DNA of 60,339 nucleotides, the filler included, from Sphacelaria rigidula (taxonomy: Eukaryota), in the NCBI GenBank assembly GCA_964200075.2. It is 6 parts of 6 records of this genome, joined end to end, with 100 filler letters (N's around TTAATTAATTAA, not from the genome) between each part and the next. Parts side by side here need not be neighbours in the genome. Positions count along the whole stretch, not along the records: positions 30,223 to 40,195 come from CAXNAA020007382.1; positions 40,296 to 50,267 come from CAXNAA020007383.1; 4 more parts are not named here. One strand, 5' to 3'. Position numbers and translations under genes: made by a program. Within the stretch, counting starts at the first letter, position 1, and every line of letters starts with the position of its first letter. Below are positions 36,634 to 47,848 of this stretch, piece by piece. The notes beneath the pieces were generated by a model. That model saw only the letters and a list, made by a program, of their open reading frames with translations. It searched no databases and was not told the origin of the DNA.

Positions 36634-37539
36634 TGTTGATGTTGTTGTTGTTGTCTTCACAGTAAAAACCGTTCCGATATCTGCGCGATACATTCGTGCT
36701 GGGCATCTGATGCGGACGCCTTCCGTGGTCACAGGCTAGCAAAAAAAAAGAAGGACCCAGATTAAAACTCACAAAACGCGATACAAGCAAAACAGGGATA
36801 AATAATAGAGGAGAAAGATAGTACATATGTCTAACCTCAGAAGATCCGGTGCCGCAGGTGGCCATTCGGACTTCAGGGGGTGACACCCGGCTTTCCAACT
36901 CGACGCGCGACGCCAAGTAGAAATGAACACAGGGTCCGACTACGGGCGAGACTCAAGGCCCCAAATACCACCAACCAAAGAACTAAGAATCGCAAGGTTC
37001 CATCTTTCGGCCTCTCGAGGGACAGCCATACGTACAAGCATACCAGGTGTATCAAGACAAGCATTGCATGATATAATGACACCCCTCATCGGGGGGGTTC
37101 ATCCCCCAACCCCCCCTTGTCCGGACCGTCGTCATTGCTGTGCTATTTAGGCTTCGTTGGTCTCCTGTCTAATCGCACGCAGTCGGCTGGCCTCCTCTTC
37201 AATTCTGTGCCATGAGTTCATGAAACTCTCCGCTCCCTGCAGCACTCCCGCGTGCCACGGCAACGCCCCCTCCTTATTTGCTGCTGAAGTCCATAGGGCG
37301 CGGTCAATTCCGAATGTCTAGCGGTTGTCGTCCGTAGAGCCGTCCGTGGCTCCGAAAGCGTGGAGATCGTCTCTCAGGCACTTCAGCTAGTTTTGTTCCG
37401 GGCACCCTGGTCCTGGATCCAACCCCCCGATCAGTGTTCCAAATGCTATTCGCTTCGGTAATAGTCCGTCCGGTTGTCTAGCCAGGGCTCCCGCGAACAG
37501 CAGTCGTCGTTGCCGGACGATGGCTTCCGCACTTTGGCA
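36634..37539 (-). mobile_element. RTE-clade LINE remnant, second subfamily: ORF2 C-terminus 37147-37539 (two in-frame stops), 3' UTR and (CAA)n tail
   Basis: CQSAEAIVRQRRLLFAGALARQPDGLLPKRIAFGTL...N*LKCLRDDLHAFG...WHAGVLQGAESFM; the 3' end reads TGTGACCACGG...GAAGACAACAACAAC. Confidence 0.85.
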
Positions 37540-38315
37540 TAATGAATAGGTAAAATTTACAAAAACCGTTCCTCTACACTTGTTAATGAGAACGATCGGG
37601 ATTGCTCCAATCGAGAAAAAATATCCATGGGTCAAAACCTGGGGCTGGGTAGTTGCAGGACCCCCGAGGACCGGTCAGTCCCCCTGAGTCGTTCAGTTCT
37701 TGGTTGATTGGCGCACACACGAAGGGAATCAAACGATTGTGTCTGAACGGCCACAGCCTTTCGAGCAAATATGAATGGTGCATGGATATGTTGGGTAGAG
37801 TATTTCCTGCGATTGGGCATTTTGAAAAAATCGCACTCGTAACCGTCACACGTCGATAGTAGGCCATCTGTTGAATCGGCATCAATTTCACTCGAATACA
37901 GTATGATCCAGATGGACTTACCTCTTCGCGGTCTAGGGGTTAAACACCCAAAACTTGCGTATTGAGATTGTACTCAACAATACCCACACCACATAGAGTA
38001 CTTGCGATCGTACCTGACGTCACCCAATATGTGAGTAGCGTTTGGAAACCGGACCGTCGCAACACAAAATTCGAGAGAATACATAACCGGGTGCTTACCC
38101 TACCCGAACACACCCTTGCAGTATTGAGGGGTAAGCACGGCGGCACAACAACAGATGAGGCAAATCGCGCGCGCGCGCGCGCATCATGCCCTTGTAACCG
38201 TCCCTTTCTGTTCATTTGATGAGTTGGATATGTACACGTCGTTTTGTGCGTGTGATGTTCTTCGTGAGGGAGGGAGGATACAAAGCATTTCATACCGATG
38301 AAAGTTGCGCCCACC

Positions 38316-38990
38316 CGAAAGGGATTGCTGAACCCCTCTCGCGATGGAAGATGAAGGCAAGCACCGCAGAAGGAACGTGGAGTATTAACCCTTTTGGAAC
38401 CCTCCCCACCTGTCCCCGGGCCAAACGCCTCATTATGATAATCCCTGACAAAGAGGGAAAGATCGAAGCAGAAAATATCGACGGCAACCATTTGATAATG
38501 GAAGGCCGAAGAAGAATCCAGTAGCACACGCGGCGGGTGCTGGAAAATGTCCTCCCTGGACAGGTCGGGTGAGGTTTGTCCAATGAAATCACGCAACGGA
38601 TAAAGTGTGTCCAATTGTATCCATCGACAATAATCAGCAAAAACACTATGAAACGTTCCATTAAAAAAACAGCACTGGGTTCCAGGGTCTGATACGGCAC
38701 ATAGGTAAAAAAGGAAACCTTCTTTTGTTCCACTTGTCACTCGCACGGGTCTGAAAAATACGCATTTGGTGGATGTTGTTGCGTCTGATGTGTAAACCAT
38801 CAACCATATCTTGCTCAAGAACCGTCAACTGCACATGATCAATTTTCCATTGTGAGTTCCGAAAGGGTTGGAAAAAAAAATCCTGTATTGACCTTCCTCC
38901 TGTGTGACCCCGGCTGGTGCGCCCACATATACCGAAAGGTGTAGACCGGCGTCCAGAATAGATGGGACAACAACACAGGACACACACCTT
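38316..38990 (+). mobile_element. tRNA-SINE body and 3' end, interrupted by a piggyBac-type insertion (38389-38867)
   Basis: The SINE body stops at TTAA-CCCTTTTGGAAC and resumes after GTTCCGAAAGGG with TCCTGTATTGACCTTCCTCCTGTGTGACCCCGGCTGG. Confidence 0.75.
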
Positions 38991-40195
38991 GTCTCTCCGT
39001 ACAGCAGAGTGTGAACATTGGAGCAACCAAGTTCACAGGCTCAGCATGGGTAATTTCGACGGCCTTGACATCTCGCGCATAGCCCACAAGGAGATTATGT
39101 GTTGACCTCTTGTAATTTTCCAAGAAATACAGAAAATTCGGCAATATCAAAGTTTATGCTGACTCAACTGAGCGTCCTTCCTACATCGGTGTAACGGCCA
39201 TGAGCCAAATCCCACTGCCTTTTTTACACCTGCATGGAGACGGCTCCTTAAATCACCGTTTTGTCTCGTGGGGAAGACGGGGTGGAGACGTCATTAGACA
39301 TCAAGACTTCGTTGCAATCACGAAATAAAGCCTATGACCCATGGAAAAAAAAAAACATCCGCTATCTCCATTTCTTGAAACGCTCGAAATCGACCGCGAA
39401 ATTACGATTATTTTATTTTATTATTCTCATTAATGTCTTCCTCTTTCGAAACCAAACGCGAAAAAAAAGGAATTACTCCGCGATGTTTGTCAACGGAAAA
39501 CTCAAGCAAGGCGTATTACTTGAGCAACGAAATCAAGTGCCCACATGTGACCTACATGCCCCCTTACGGGGTAAGGGCTGGGCACAGTGCGAGAGTAGTC
39601 CTGAAACGAACCATGGTCATCATTATAATCACAGTCTCGTGAGGGACGGGGTGGTGAAGTCACAGTAGTGGGGTATGACCTACGGGAGAGCGTAACTTAC
39701 CTGTGTGTGTGCATGTGTGTATGTGTGTGTAGAAACGCCAATGCGTTGTACACTAAATTATTGAACTCTTTCTCTGTGTTATCATGTGAAATGACCTGAA
39801 ACATGAGTGGTAGTTCCCATTTTGAGATCTGCTATCAAATTTGCATTAGTCATATACATGGTACTATTAGGAGAGATATATGGCCACAGACGGCGGAACA
39901 GGAAGGGGATAAGATATGTGTGTACAAGGTTCTCATGTGATGTATAAAGAAAAAACATAATGAGCGCTCAAATGTTGGAGGTGCCTCTATTAGGAGTAGG
40001 AATGGTGCTCCATCTCGAAAGAGATGCGTGGTCAATGGCCAAACGACTGAGGCAAGCGATAATTGAGTACGCTCCCCCCCCCTCCCCCCTGCGCTCCGTC
40101 TCGAAAGGGATGCGTGGTCAATGGTCAAACGACTAAGGCAAGCAACAAATGAGTACGCCCCCTCCCCCCCTCCCCCCTCCCCTCTGTCGCATGAG

Positions 40196-40295
40196 NNNNN
40201 NNNNNNNNNNNNNNNNNNNNNNNNNNNNNNNNNNNNNNNTTAATTAATTAANNNNNNNNNNNNNNNNNNNNNNNNNNNNNNNNNNNNNNNNNNNN
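40196..40295. other. Artificial contig linker
   Basis: Same 100-bp structure. Confidence 0.98.
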
Positions 40296-43290
40296 AAGGT
40301 TGTTGTGGATCAATAACGCTCATCCACACTGCCTGACACCGTTTGGAACCAAATACAAGCGCAACGCGAGTGTGGACGGATGTCTGACAAACCTATGAGC
40401 CTATTTTTTCGTGCAACCAAGTACCCCCCCCCCTATTTTCGTAGGATGACTCCTTCGATATCTTCGAGCGTGTCAGGGCAAACGAAGGTGAAGCTATTCA
40501 ATCAAAGCCACTCTCAATTTCACAACACGTTGTTCCCCGCGGTCCATGTGTTGTGCAAACGGGAAATAGAGGGGAAGCGGTTACTTGTGCCAAGACATCA
40601 AGTGCAGGTGAATTAGGGTATGTACTCTGAATGCTCGGGTAATACCGGGGAATTAACTACACCCAAGGTCCGGTTAGGTTGGGTCCGGACTCTAATAATC
40701 GTCCCAAGTATTGGGTATATCCAGTGTCGAAAATACCTGAACATGTATCATCCCTGGAATATGGCCTGAAAATGCTTGGCCCAATTTTGAATAGATGTGA
40801 TATTGGGTACGACTTCAAATACTCAAAGTCATGTTTTCTAGTGTGTACCCAGAGGTGAGGTATTCGTCGTGCGCATACCACACCATACCGGAATGTGCAT
40901 CGAACCTTGTCTTGGTCACTCCGGGAAGGTTCAAAGGGTATTCACGGATAAAGTACTTTTTTCGTATTGATTCACTGTCAACACCCAAACTTAGCCGGTA
41001 TAACCTCAACAACACAACCTTCAAATACTCTACCCAAACTGGGTCATCACTTTCAGTAGTACTCGAGTCAAGAGTATCGCTTGGGTACGACCGTAACCCT
41101 TTACTTGAAATTTTGGTTTGTTGTTACGATCTAATAAATTTTACCCGAATGTATGAGTACCGAGAGGATGAATTTCTAAAATGCGCAGTATTGGGTATAT
41201 TCCACCCAACCTGCTCTTGCACTACAGGTATTGTTGTACTTCGAAGGCATTCATATGTCGGCATCAACTCCATCAATAAATATCAGGGACAAAACGCCAC
41301 CAAACGCACTTTCGCTCTGGACAACGGTGATGTCGGCAGTACTACCATGCATGTTGGACTTCACCTCCGTCGCCACAACAATCAGTCGACATCAATTCGT
41401 CCGCAACATCACCAGAACCACCATATACGTACACGGGCATCACAGCGCCTTCATATCTTCAGACGCGACGGATGAACAAGGGACAACCTAGGACGACGTG
41501 AAATCAGCATCGCAGCAACTTATTTGTACATCAAAACCCACACCCATCCATTGAGTTGGTCACACCAACGGAAGAAGCAGGCAGGTACAGATACAAGTAC
41601 ACAACCAGTAAAAATATCAAGAACCGGCAAAATATACTGTACACCGAGACATTAGATTGCATTCACGCACAGAAAACATCCCCGACACATGTATAGCAAA
41701 ACCAGGTACCAGACGCTCTTGGATAGTGCATCAAGAGGCACCATGTCAGGACATCAGACAAATAACACAATCATAAACGGTAGGAGTCCGACACATATCA
41801 GTAAATTATTCAGCGCTTGTGATCACCGACATGCCGGAATGTAGTCAGTCACCGAGCAGAAATTATTTGTGTTACATGCATGGGGATGACCGAAGCATCA
41901 TGCAACTCGCATTTCTCCGTACATTGTGAATACTACATGTACCCCCCTCCCCCGACAGTCGCATCCATCAACCCTCATGTAGGGAAGGTCTTACCCAATT
42001 TGTGGCCAACCGCCCGACACGCAAGACATACCATTGTGCGGCAAAATGCAGTAATCGGCCTTGACGGAAAAATCCGTGTACTGAAAATATCATGAATCGT
42101 CGCTGGGTTCAAGCCGAGCAACTTGCCCGTGGCCGGTAATCCCCACCGATTTACGACATAACGCGAGAGACATCGCAGCTCAGCCCCTGATCACTGCTTC
42201 CCACTTCACAGTTAACATCATGGCGCAAGAACACAAGTCAATCAGCAACAACCTGTATTCCGTGTGCACGATGAGCTGTGCACCAGCCAAGAAAAAAACA
42301 CGCGCGATACAGTGGACGGTGAGCACACCTACGCTCGGCACACTTATGCCGACCAGCTCATCGAGTCCCACGAGAAAGTCGTCGCCCACTTACGCCTACC
42401 GTCACGTCTCGACAATATTTCACCGGAGATTACGGGAAATGGGGGACACATTAACGACGACTGGCCGAAGCAGGTCGCGAGACCGTGCAACATCTAGAGT
42501 CACGTGACACATCAACCACATCAGATAATATTTTACCGGGTCGTCACGATAGCTCGTTGACTGCGCGCCACCTCAAGGCGCGAACCTTACAAAAAAACGG
42601 CGAGAAACAGCGCCCCCACCCTCAAAGGTTCCGCGAGTCACGCGTTACCCGGCTTGTTTCTCTTCAATTTGTAACATTCGAGTAGTAACGCCTCGGTACC
42701 GAAAGCCAGCGCCACTTCCAAGCATCTCGTACAGAAAAAAACACCAGCGGATTCCACGTAATATAGCACTCAATGTGTTTGAGACAAACGCACGATATCA
42801 ACGGCATGCGGAACAGGGGCCAGCTAGACAAATCCTTGGACAGTGTCACGACCCTTGTTACTACTGTGGCTCGTATAACTTTCCACCGATTACGATTGTA
42901 CATGTTCCTTCAGCAGTCTCATGGCTGCGAGACAAGATTATCGACTGGTGAATCAGCAGAAACAGGTGATTACTGGTGAATCGGCAGAATCATGTCGCTC
43001 TTGCTTCATCCCGCGGCAGTGACTCTGGTGGTGCCCTTTCCATGGCATCCCGCACTTGATCCCATAGTCACGTTTGATACAGATGATCAAAATAGCGCTA
43101 CGGATCCATAATGCAAATCTCCGGTACAGTAGACGACCACAACCCACTTGCGACACCAGGCACCATTCATGGAGTTTTATTCGTGTCCATATCGTCGTTT
43201 TCGCCGAGTTCAATTCTTCGTTGTCATCCACCACGCGAGCTTCCGCATGGCAATCTCCTCCACAACCACTCTGTTCCTCAATTGTCTGGT

Positions 43291-43422
43291 CTAGAACCTG
43301 TCGCGGTCCCCCCGGTCACGCCCACTTCCTTTGGGCTTCGCATACTCGATGTGCAGCACAGGGCTGTTGCGGTCCAACTTGTCCAACCGGTATTCGGCGA
43401 CGCCCATCTTAGCGATGGTGGC
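43291..43422 (-). CDS. Last exon of a two-RRM RNA-binding protein (NSR-like)
   Basis: TCACAG acceptor; ATIAKMGVAEYRLDKLDRNSPVLHIEYAKPKGSGRDRGDRDRF* completes RRM2. Confidence 0.88.
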   Translation of the reverse strand, partial: ATIAKMGVAEYRLDKLDRNSPVLHIEYAKPKGSGRDRGDRDRF

Positions 43423-44571
43423 CTGTGAGTAAAAATGGATCCGTGCAAGGGGTCGGGGGTTTGTTCACGATAGGATACGAAGAGTACCAGCGTCACGGTT
43501 ACCGTTTCATCAAGAATACGTGAACAAATACAGAAAATGATGAAGACTCATCACTGGGGGCTGGGCTAGGTGTAAGTTGCTCGACTCTTTCGTTCATGCT
43601 CCTCGTTGCCTGGATAACGACGGACGATTTACTAAAGAGCGCGCATAGATGGGCCTCAAGTTGATGCGCGCAGAGCCATTTTGATCCGTCACGAGTGTTG
43701 CGGAGTCCGTCTCACCCTCAAAACTGTCGACACAACAACGGTTCCAGCTGTCAGTGTGTAAGCAGCATTTCGTGCAGACCGACATCACTTTCCGTAGGGA
43801 CGTGTACAACGACACCTACGCATGTCTGGCATTTCTAGCGGGGACCACGTCGTCATGACAAGGTCTAGACACACCACAGTACAGTTTTAGCTCAAGCGCA
43901 CAACCGAGGGTGAGTGTTTGTGCTGCAGTACAGGTACAAGGGACACGTCTCGTGTTTTTGTTCTCCTGATTTGAAGCCGTAGACCGCGAGGGAAGCCCAT
44001 CTGGACCATGCATAATTTTCCAAGTGAAATTTTACGGATTTGAAAGATGAACCACTTTCACCACCTGAGAGTTTCTCAACTTTTGACGGGTGACGATTTT
44101 GTAACGCTAGGACTTGATCGGGCTTTGCCTTAAAACCCTTCATTCCATCATAAGTGGCACCTGACTGCGGGCGATATACCAGGAATTTCATTTCACCGCA
44201 GCAAATCATCTCGATCTCGGCATCTCGATCGACGGGAAGTGTTCGCCACTGTCCAAGGATAATAGAGCAATCATGATCGAATGGGTTGCGTCGATTACGT
44301 CCAAGCGATCCCCTACATGTCTCACGAGTGATTCATTAGCGTTCAGGGGTGGAGGCAAATGGCGGGCACCTTCACGTCACTTGTATCAAGCGCAACATGG
44401 TCACCATTCTACCCTGCATTCCCGTTACTACCCGGTGTTGCCGCCTGCCGTGCCTTTCCTTCCCGCTACTCCTCACGGCAGAAAATACATGAATGCATGT
44501 TGAGGGGTTAGTGGCCTGCCTAGTCAAGATTCTGCTTTTTTCCAACGAGATCATGCCTCTACAAATCTCAC

Positions 44572-44802
44572 ATGATAAGCCGACTCGAACTCCACAAAGC
44601 AAATCGCGTCCCCGCCAAATGATTGTCCCGATAGCCCTCCATTACGACCGCCCTTCGCTCTGAGGCGCAGCGATATGTATCCCGGGAAGGGTCGGAAAAT
44701 GTGCGCCATCTCACGTTCAGACACATCCCCCGGCACGCCTTCCACGTATAACGTGTGGTGTGCATCCACAGGCAGACGGAGGGGTAGACCCATGGTTGAC
44801 AT
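44572..44802 (-). CDS. Exon encoding the RRM2 core of the NSR-like protein
   Basis: LPVDAHHTLYVEGVPGDVSEREMAHIFRPFPGY...ICFVEF closely resembles the plant nuclear-speckle RBP RRM; CAG acceptor, GTGAGA donor, phase 0/0. Confidence 0.92.
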
Positions 44803-45365
44803 CTGTTGAAAATAGCATGATTGTTAGCGGGGGAAGCATAAGACGAAGGTCAGCAAGATCATTACTCAGCGCCGCAGGCGGAATAAAGATGACGGGAGAC
44901 ATTTGCCGGAGAAACAGGATGAATGTCCAACGTTTGCGGTGTGCTAGAGGTTCCTGACATGGTTCCGAAACAAGTATTGATATATCTTTTTTCGATAATC
45001 ACAGCCTCGAAACCTGGTAATTCGGCGAGGTCGAAACAAGTGGTGAATCATGGCGTGTGTTGGATGATGTTATGCGCTCGGATGTATTTCTCGAGTGAGT
45101 ATAATAGCTGATCGAGGCAAAATGAAAAACAAGTCGGGTTATCGGATGCTGTACCGAGTGAGGTGTGTGAAATGACCTCGATACCCCCTACCCCGACCTA
45201 CCTCGACGAATTTCCAGGCGCGTACTATCCCGGGATTATGGCCATATTTTCGAAGTCGAGACGTGCAGCATATGAAGACGATATGAACGGAATTTACGTC
45301 ATAGCTTCTGCTGTTCCCAACAAGGAGTTTACAGGACACAGGCTGCCCACGGTATTCGTGAATAC

Positions 45366-45514
45366 CTGAATCAAACGAGGACTTGCCATGCCGTAAGCCG
45401 GTGCGTGTGCCGAATGGTGCAACCCCGGCATACCGGGAACAGCTCCCAGCCCCATGAAACCAGCGGCGCCCACCCCCTGTAGGAGATTTCCCGAGGGTGT
45501 GCGGTGATGTCCAC
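45366..45514 (-). CDS. Exon encoding the Gly/Pro/Met-rich inter-RRM linker
   Basis: AACAG acceptor, phase 1 to 0, open frame GHHRTPSGNLLQGVGAAGFMGLGAVPGMPGLHHSAHAPAYGM... Confidence 0.8.
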
Positions 45515-45671
45515 CTGTTCGACGTTCGGGAACGCGAAATAGCGGAATTAAGTTGACTGTACTTGAAACATGGCTTGACTGCGAAACTCCAACCGCCCAC
45601 AAACACACACCAACGCTGCAGCAATGTCGCATCCAGGCGACCATCTGTCGACGGGAACAAAAACACCTCAC

Positions 45672-45740
45672 CTCCGTTTTCCCGTCCGTCACTTCTGTCG
45701 GCCCTGGAGCGCTTCCGCCCTGCTCTGGCGAAGCACACAG
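45672..45740 (-). CDS. Exon encoding the end of RRM1 plus a basic NLS-like motif
   Basis: CTCAG acceptor, GTGAGG donor, 69 bp, phase 1/1: AVCFARAGRKRSRADRSDGRENG. Confidence 0.82.
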
Positions 45741-46482
45741 CTGAGATCGCGCACGTAATCCGATTGCCCAGGAGTTCCGGGAATGGTTAGGTCCGAATTA
45801 GGTTGCGATGAGGTTGTGGTGGGGGCGAGGAAAAGGGGGTGCAACGGGGGGGGGGAGACAGGGGGAGAGGCAGGGAATATGTTGGAGGGAACGGGAGAGG
45901 TAGCGGCTCGGCTGGTTTGGTGGGCGATCGGATTGATGCAGAGGTGCGGGTTTCGATATCCAGGGAATGAAGCCGTTCCAGTTGACTCGACTCGCAGAGA
46001 CAGTGGAAGCTAGGGCCCTCAGGCAACGATACGGTGAACATGAAGCACCGAGGTGGTGGTCGCCCAATCTCGCAGGGGTACAAGGGGGCGTAGGAAAATG
46101 GAGCTGGGTTCACGTGAATGATAGCCACGTTTGTTGTTGGTACTGCGTGATTGGCATTCGATGGATGTGCTGACGTTAGCCTCGGTTTTTGGTGGAGGAC
46201 CGGCGACTGGGTTGGTTGGTAGCTCTCGAGGAGGTGGGGTGGACCGAGGTGACGTTTTACTGGATTGCTCTGAGAGAAGAAAAAGAACGAAAAAAAAAGG
46301 ACAAACACGGAAGCGAGTGTTTCGTGTTGACATGGGAGTGCGGTTCGAAGTGACAAAAGCGTGAACGAATTCAAGCTGAATTTTGGAGCGCACGTTGAGG
46401 CGAGCATGCCTGCCCTTCAGGAAGTTAGACGACGGGTGTGAGGCCGACTGATTTGTTGTGATAAGAGAAGATACCCCGCAAC

Positions 46483-46674
46483 TCATGTCGCGTTTAACCC
46501 TCAACACACGCATCACCCATCTGAATCCCCACGAATTTCGGACGTGACGGTCGTCACAATAAGATGCTGCTAAGCTAACGGCAAGGCGTGCACGGAGAAG
46601 GCACCAAGAAAAATTGCAAAATACCACTGTGCGCACCCTCAACACACGCATCGAGTAGAAGTAACGCGACATGA
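46483..46674. mobile_element. Small intronic MITE
   Basis: 12-bp TIR TCATGTCGCGTT / AACGCGACATGA; internal direct repeat ACCCTCAACACACGCATC. Confidence 0.55.
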
Positions 46675-47756
46675 TATCTGAGCAAACATTTCACTCATGG
46701 GGGCCATGTCCGGCTAATGCAACATGAGCCGAGTGCGGAATAGCGACAAAACGACGGGAGACGACGCGCCTATCGATTCCGTTCGCAAGGCCAGTAATTT
46801 GCTGCCACAGAAGGGAAGGAAGTGTGCCCTTTTAGGTCTGACAGGGCAACGGGTATTTCATTAACCGCACACCGGGGATGCCGTGCAGCTCAAAATTCCG
46901 GGGGAACTTTCTTTACATCCTTACCGCAGCGGGGATCATCTCCTCTAAACGATGGGCCCCGCCCCAGATACTCCCCGCATATTTGATGCTCAAATATCCA
47001 ACATAGAAATGACGGATGACGGAGTGTGAGGCGTTTCTTCGATTTGAATATGCCACAACTGCTGCCGACCGCCACACGCCGGAATGAGGTATCGTGTCGT
47101 GGAAAGCATCTTGATTTCATGAGCCTCGAAATATCCTCGGAAAAAAAAAGCACACCCTCCATCCGTGATGTGTATGTAGAGTCGAGTCGCTCATTTTGAC
47201 AACACCGATCCGCAATTCGAGAAAACCGGCGTTTGCTGCACGAACTCTGTCAACCTTCTTCCATCATTTCCCCACTGAAGGCACGTCGCCGCGTTTCACA
47301 CTTCTCTGCTGTAGACACGCGTTTTTGGATACTGGCGATTAGTTCTTCAGGATAACAGGACCAATAATCACGGCCAGCAAATGAACTTCGCTCTTTTTTT
47401 CAAAGTACCTTGATGCTCACGAATCCCAAGGCTCGCTTCACGAAAAATATCAAATCAATTTGCGATATGTCAATTCTTGCGTAGATATTTTCGGGAGTGA
47501 GCGGAGGCAAATTGATAAACGCGAATATGCACATATACCGCACGCTTCAAGCCGTCAATCCGCGACCCGGTCAACCGCTCACCCCGAAGCCGAGCAAAGC
47601 AAATGACTCCAGATGGCGCGACCAAACAGTGCCGCAGAGAACAATATGGCCTTGCCATTTTATCAACGACCGACCAAAACTGAACGTTTTCCCCAACCGT
47701 CGACCCTCCTGGTCTACCTGGGTCTCAGCATGAGTACGACAGGGATCAAGGCTCAC

Positions 47757-47848
47757 CGATCATGTGGCCGCGGAGCTCATGTCCTTTGAAGCGGTCCTTG
47801 GCGATCCCGGCGCTGTCTGGATCCCGGAAGTCTACGAATCCAACGTCA
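47757..47848 (-). CDS. Exon encoding RNP1 and helix 2 of RRM1
   Basis: CGCAG acceptor, GTGAGC donor; DVGFVDFRDPDSAGIAKDRFKGHELRGHMI splices in frame to 45740. Upstream exons were not identified. Confidence 0.85.

Noticed and set aside
37940-38818. 292-aa ORF (and most other ORFs in the six-frame track, e.g. 40831-41475 and 46019-46672)
   Set aside because: They run across SINE, MITE or intron sequence with no protein-like motifs, so they are chance open frames.
14746-47848. ClpX and the RRM gene as a linked cluster or a TE-rich sex-determining region
   Set aside because: They lie on different concatenated contigs, and high repeat density is expected in unplaced short contigs.
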